Below, in pieces: positions 27,368 to 30,427 of a stretch of DNA of 30,427 nt. Position 1 is the stretch's first letter. Every line of letters starts with the position of its first letter. This DNA comes from Xanthobacteraceae bacterium (lineage in GTDB: Bacteria > Pseudomonadota > Alphaproteobacteria > Rhizobiales > Xanthobacteraceae). Both the position numbers and the translations under genes were made by a program. The stretch spans positions 1 to 30,427 of the forward strand of contig DASXIG010000179.1 of NCBI GenBank assembly GCA_036498105.1, written 5' to 3'. Under the pieces are notes generated by a model, which was given only the letters and a program-made list of their open reading frames with translations, did no database searches and was not told where the DNA came from.

Positions 27368-28294
27368 CTATTTGGCCGGTGCCGCGGCCCCCGTCGGCCG
27401 TTGCGCGCGCGCGGCCTCGCTGCGCAGGATGGGATCCGCGAGTGGCGCTTTGGTCGCGATCGGACACACCCGCATGCACTCGAAGCATTGCCCGAACATG
27501 GCATGGGAGCCGGTCGAGAGCTTGTAGAAGAGGAGTTTGCTTTCGAGCGCCAGCATGTCGTCGAAATCCTGCGGATCGTTCTGGCGCATGGCTTCTGCCA
27601 GCACTTTGGGCATGGCCTCGAACTGCTGGCTCATCTCGGCGCATGCCGCCATATCGTAGTACATTTCGGCCTGCTGCCCGTGCTCATCGAGCTTGCCTGA
27701 GAGGCATTGGACCGGACAGAATTTCATGCACGGCGTCTTGCCTACCTCGCGGTACATCGCGACGCAGGAGGGAGCCGGACACGGATTCTCCTTAAGCGGC
27801 TCATCGGGGGCAAGGGTGAGCTCGGTAAAGACCGACGCGAAGTACATGTAGCCGAACTGCGGATGCAGCAGGATGTCTCCGGCGAGCGAACGGGCGCCGA
27901 GACCAGCGAGCTCCGCGTGCAACTTGAGCGACTGGAACGGCACGCGCGCGCCGGCCTCGCTGTCCATGTCCGGCGGACAGTAGACGGCCGGAATGCCGAA
28001 GGTATGCTCGATGTAGAAGGCAAGACCATAGGCGATCTTGTAGGCGCGGCCCTCGGTCGAGCCGAAATAGGTCAGCGCCTTGGCGGAGACGCCCCAGGAG
28101 CCGCGGGTGTTGCCGCCCACTCCGATGGAAACGACCGACTTCACCTTCGGCATCAGATCCGCCGGGCGATGGCCCGCTGGTGCGACCCGGTTGATCGCTT
28201 CCAGGTCGGCGATCCCCGCGCAGAGCGCGCCTTTGCGCAGGCAGTAGTCCAGCACCTTGCGCTTGGCGGCGGCTGCATCGAGGGGTTTTTTCAT
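27368..28294 (-). CDS. QueG/reductive-dehalogenase-fold cobalamin- and 4Fe-4S-binding protein
   Basis: GIADL, P.DLMP.VKSVVSIG, HAELAGLG...LLHPQFG..FASVFTEL, and Cys motifs C-x4-C-x11-CxxxCP-xx-C and C...CxxCxxxCP. No TAT signal. Start ATG 28294. Confidence 0.8.
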   Translation of the reverse strand: MKKPLDAAAAKRKVLDYCLRKGALCAGIADLEAINRVAPAGHRPADLMPKVKSVVSIGVGGNTRGSWGVSAKALTYFGSTEGRAYKIAYGLAFYIEHTFGIPAVYCPPDMDSEAGARVPFQSLKLHAELAGLGARSLAGDILLHPQFGYMYFASVFTELTLAPDEPLKENPCPAPSCVAMYREVGKTPCMKFCPVQCLSGKLDEHGQQAEMYYDMAACAEMSQQFEAMPKVLAEAMRQNDPQDFDDMLALESKLLFYKLSTGSHAMFGQCFECMRVCPIATKAPLADPILRSEAARAQRPTGAAAPAK

Positions 28295-28337
28295 GCCTTG
28301 GCGCTCCAGCCTTGCCGGCACGGTGAGTCTAACAAGA

Positions 28338-28407
28338 CGATTGCCTCTGACGCAATCGGCGGTCGCTCCGTAGCAAATGCCGAAAGAGAGCGAGGCAGGC
28401 GCCTCGC
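28338..28407. promoter_or_regulatory. Two inverted repeats in the divergent promoter region
   Basis: CGATTGC-N7-GCAATCG (28338-28358) and GCGAGGC-N4-GCCTCGC (28390-28407). Confidence 0.35.
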
Positions 28408-28524
28408 CCTACGAACTGCTCGCGTTTGTGCGGGCAATGCCGCAACTTTTTGCTTTGCAAACGCCACGGGGGGAGGCAACAATCGAGCGCCGGGGCCCAA
28501 TCCCACATTCTGGCGCGAGGGAAC

Positions 28525-29706
28525 ATGGATATGGCGTTTTTCAACCGGGTATTAGCCGCCGCGGCGCTGTGCACTGTCGGAGGGGCGTTTGCAGCCAGCG
28601 CGCAGGAGAAGCTCAAGCTCGGGCTCATTTCAACCTTGTCAGGCCCACCCGCCGTCATCGGTCAGCAGCAGCGCAACGGGCTCAGTCTCGGCATCAAGCA
28701 ATTGGGCGGCAAGCTGGGCGGACGTGAGGTCGAGCTGATCGTCCAGGACGACGAGCTCAAGCCTGACCTGGCGATCACCAAGGTCAAGGCCATGATCGAG
28801 CGCGACAAGGTCGATTTCCTGGTCGGGCCGGTGTTCTCCAATATCCTGCAGGCCATCCTGAAGCCGGTCGTTGACCACGATGCGACTCTGATCAGCGCCA
28901 ATGCCGGCCCTTCGAGCTATGCCGGGAAGGAATGCAGCCCGAATCTCTTCGTCACCTCGTATCAGAACGATCAAGTCCACGAAGTGCTGGGCAGGCATGC
29001 CCAGGACTCCGGAATGAAGCGGCTGTTCCTGATCGCCCCGAATTATCAGGCAGGCAAGGATGCCATGGCCGGCTTCAAGCGGCAGTTCAAAGGCGAGATC
29101 GTGGACGAGGCCTTTGTGCCGCTGGGACAGCTCGATTACTCAGCCGAGCTGGCCAAGATCGCGAGCGTTAGCCCGGACGCGATTTTCGTATTCTTGCCAG
29201 GAGGCATGGGCGTGAACTTCGTCAAGCAGTTCCGGCAGGCGGGGCTCGCCGACAAGGTCATTTTCCTGTCCGCCTTCACGGTCGACGAAGGCACATTGCC
29301 CGCCCAGCAGGATGCCGCCATCGGCTTTTTCGGCGGAGCGAATTGGGCTCCCAATCTCGATAACCCGCAGAACAAGGCGTTCGTCTCTGCGTACGAAAAA
29401 GAGTTCGGGGCAGTCCCCGCGACCTATGCGTTTCAGTCCTACGACGTTGCGATGCTGATCGACAGCGCGCTCAAGGAGGTGAAAGGGGATCTTTCCGACA
29501 AGGCGAAATTGCGCGCCGCGTTGCGCAAGGCCGATTTCAAATCCGTGCGCGGCAATTTCACGTTCAACAACAATCACTATCCGATTCAGGATTTCTATCT
29601 GGTCAAGGTCGCCAAGCGGCCGGACGGCAAATTCCAGACCGAGATCGTCAAGAAGGTATTCGAGAACTACGGGGACCCGTACGCGTCGGAATGCCCGATG
29701 AAGTGA
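28525..29706 (+). CDS. Branched-chain-amino-acid-type (Liv family) ABC substrate-binding protein, aromatic-acid-binding type
   Basis: Signal peptide, KLGLISTLSGP, DDELKPD, PNYQAGKD. Start ATG 28525 with GAGGGA RBS. Ligand class is inferred by recall. Confidence 0.88.
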   Translation: MDMAFFNRVLAAAALCTVGGAFAASAQEKLKLGLISTLSGPPAVIGQQQRNGLSLGIKQLGGKLGGREVELIVQDDELKPDLAITKVKAMIERDKVDFLVGPVFSNILQAILKPVVDHDATLISANAGPSSYAGKECSPNLFVTSYQNDQVHEVLGRHAQDSGMKRLFLIAPNYQAGKDAMAGFKRQFKGEIVDEAFVPLGQLDYSAELAKIASVSPDAIFVFLPGGMGVNFVKQFRQAGLADKVIFLSAFTVDEGTLPAQQDAAIGFFGGANWAPNLDNPQNKAFVSAYEKEFGAVPATYAFQSYDVAMLIDSALKEVKGDLSDKAKLRAALRKADFKSVRGNFTFNNNHYPIQDFYLVKVAKRPDGKFQTEIVKKVFENYGDPYASECPMK

Positions 29707-29707
29707 T

Positions 29708-30427
29708 TCACTCGCGCCGATCGACGATGCGCGGCGCTTTGATGCTCGCTTCGAATTCCTTGGCGATGGTGCCGAGCGGTAGCGGTACAATGTCCGCGCT
29801 CAGCTCAAACGTGCGCCTGATTGCATTCGATAGATCGAGCACCGCGGCCTGCGCATCGCAGTCGCGCCTGATCTCGACGCAGACCCGCAACACGTCCTCC
29901 GACCGCACCGTCACCGCCTCGCATTTGAAATCATTGACCGCCCGTTGCCGAAACAGCAGGTCCTCGAACTCGGCGTGGCCAATGTTCACGCCCTTGATCT
30001 TGAAGAAGCCGCTGGTGCGATGGGCATGGCGCAAGACCGGAAACACCGAGAACGGGCCGTTGCCGCGGACCTCCGTGTCGCAGGTAACGAGGTCGCCGGA
30101 CATCCAGCGCAGGAATGGGGTGACGTTGTTGGTGAAGAGCGGGGTGACGACGAGCGCGCCGGCCTTTCCGTCGGGCACCGGTTTCCCTGTGCCGGGCTCA
30201 ATCACCTCGATGTAGAACAGATCGGTCCAGACGCGGAATCCAGCGGCCTCCCCGTCCTCGGCGCCCATCATGCCTGCTTCCGTCATCCCGAATGAATCGC
30301 GCAGCCGAGCGCCCCACATCATCTCGATCTTCTCACGTTTGGCCTGCGAGATCGGCTCTGCCGAGCAGATCACGAGCTCGACCGAGCCGCGGGAAAGCTT
30401 CTCCCCATCCTGATCGGCGAGATTGGC
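29708..30427 (-). CDS. Phenylacetate-CoA ligase (PaaK)-like protein, 3' part only (continues past the right edge)
   Basis: Frame open to the window end (ANLADQDGEKLSRGSVELVICSAEP), DSFGMTEAG, PFLRWMSGD, FFKIKGVN. Confidence 0.85.
   Translation of the reverse strand, partial: ANLADQDGEKLSRGSVELVICSAEPISQAKREKIEMMWGARLRDSFGMTEAGMMGAEDGEAAGFRVWTDLFYIEVIEPGTGKPVPDGKAGALVVTPLFTNNVTPFLRWMSGDLVTCDTEVRGNGPFSVFPVLRHAHRTSGFFKIKGVNIGHAEFEDLLFRQRAVNDFKCEAVTVRSEDVLRVCVEIRRDCDAQAAVLDLSNAIRRTFELSADIVPLPLGTIAKEFEASIKAPRIVDRRE

Noticed and set aside
27368-28294. Calling this gene queG or a respiratory rdhA
   Set aside because: No recognisable QueG-specific motif, no TAT signal and no rdhB anchor gene; only the shared fold is supported.
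28440-28470. Sigma-54 promoter on the minus strand (TGGCGTTTGCAAAGCA)
   Set aside because: GG-N10-GC spacing fits, but the CAC and TT positions do not. Too weak in GC-rich DNA.

Overview
High-GC alphaproteobacterial DNA, most like Hyphomicrobiales (inferred from the acpXL very-long-chain fatty acid lipid A cluster, Bug/TctC binding proteins and GTAG-type REP-like repeats). Left half, mostly recognisable genes: partial mmsA, a luciferase-like monooxygenase, kup, a rhodanese, a potF-like binding protein, the complete acpXL-fabZXL-fabF2XL-fabF1XL-adhA2XL-lpxXL operon, a DUF3859-like protein, a membrane cNMP-binding protein, a tightly spaced mntH / TctC-like / NtaA-family monooxygenase trio, an RlpA-like protein and a frameshifted EAL phosphodiesterase. 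Right half, accessory-looking catabolic genes. First, a Rid protein lacking the catalytic Arg, a ComD/ComE-like split TPP decarboxylase, agaS and a BadF-type sugar kinase. Then a creatininase-family enzyme and a Cys-rich exported orphan. Finally, a cobalamin/Fe-S QueG/RdhA-fold protein coupled to an acyl-CoA ligase carrying an N-terminal HTH-like extension, beside an aromatic-acid-type binding protein and a PaaK-like ligase. The Fe-S/HTH-ligase pair is the best candidate for an undescribed system. No tRNA, rRNA, CRISPR array or transposase was recognised. All family calls come from motif recognition by eye; no database searches were run.
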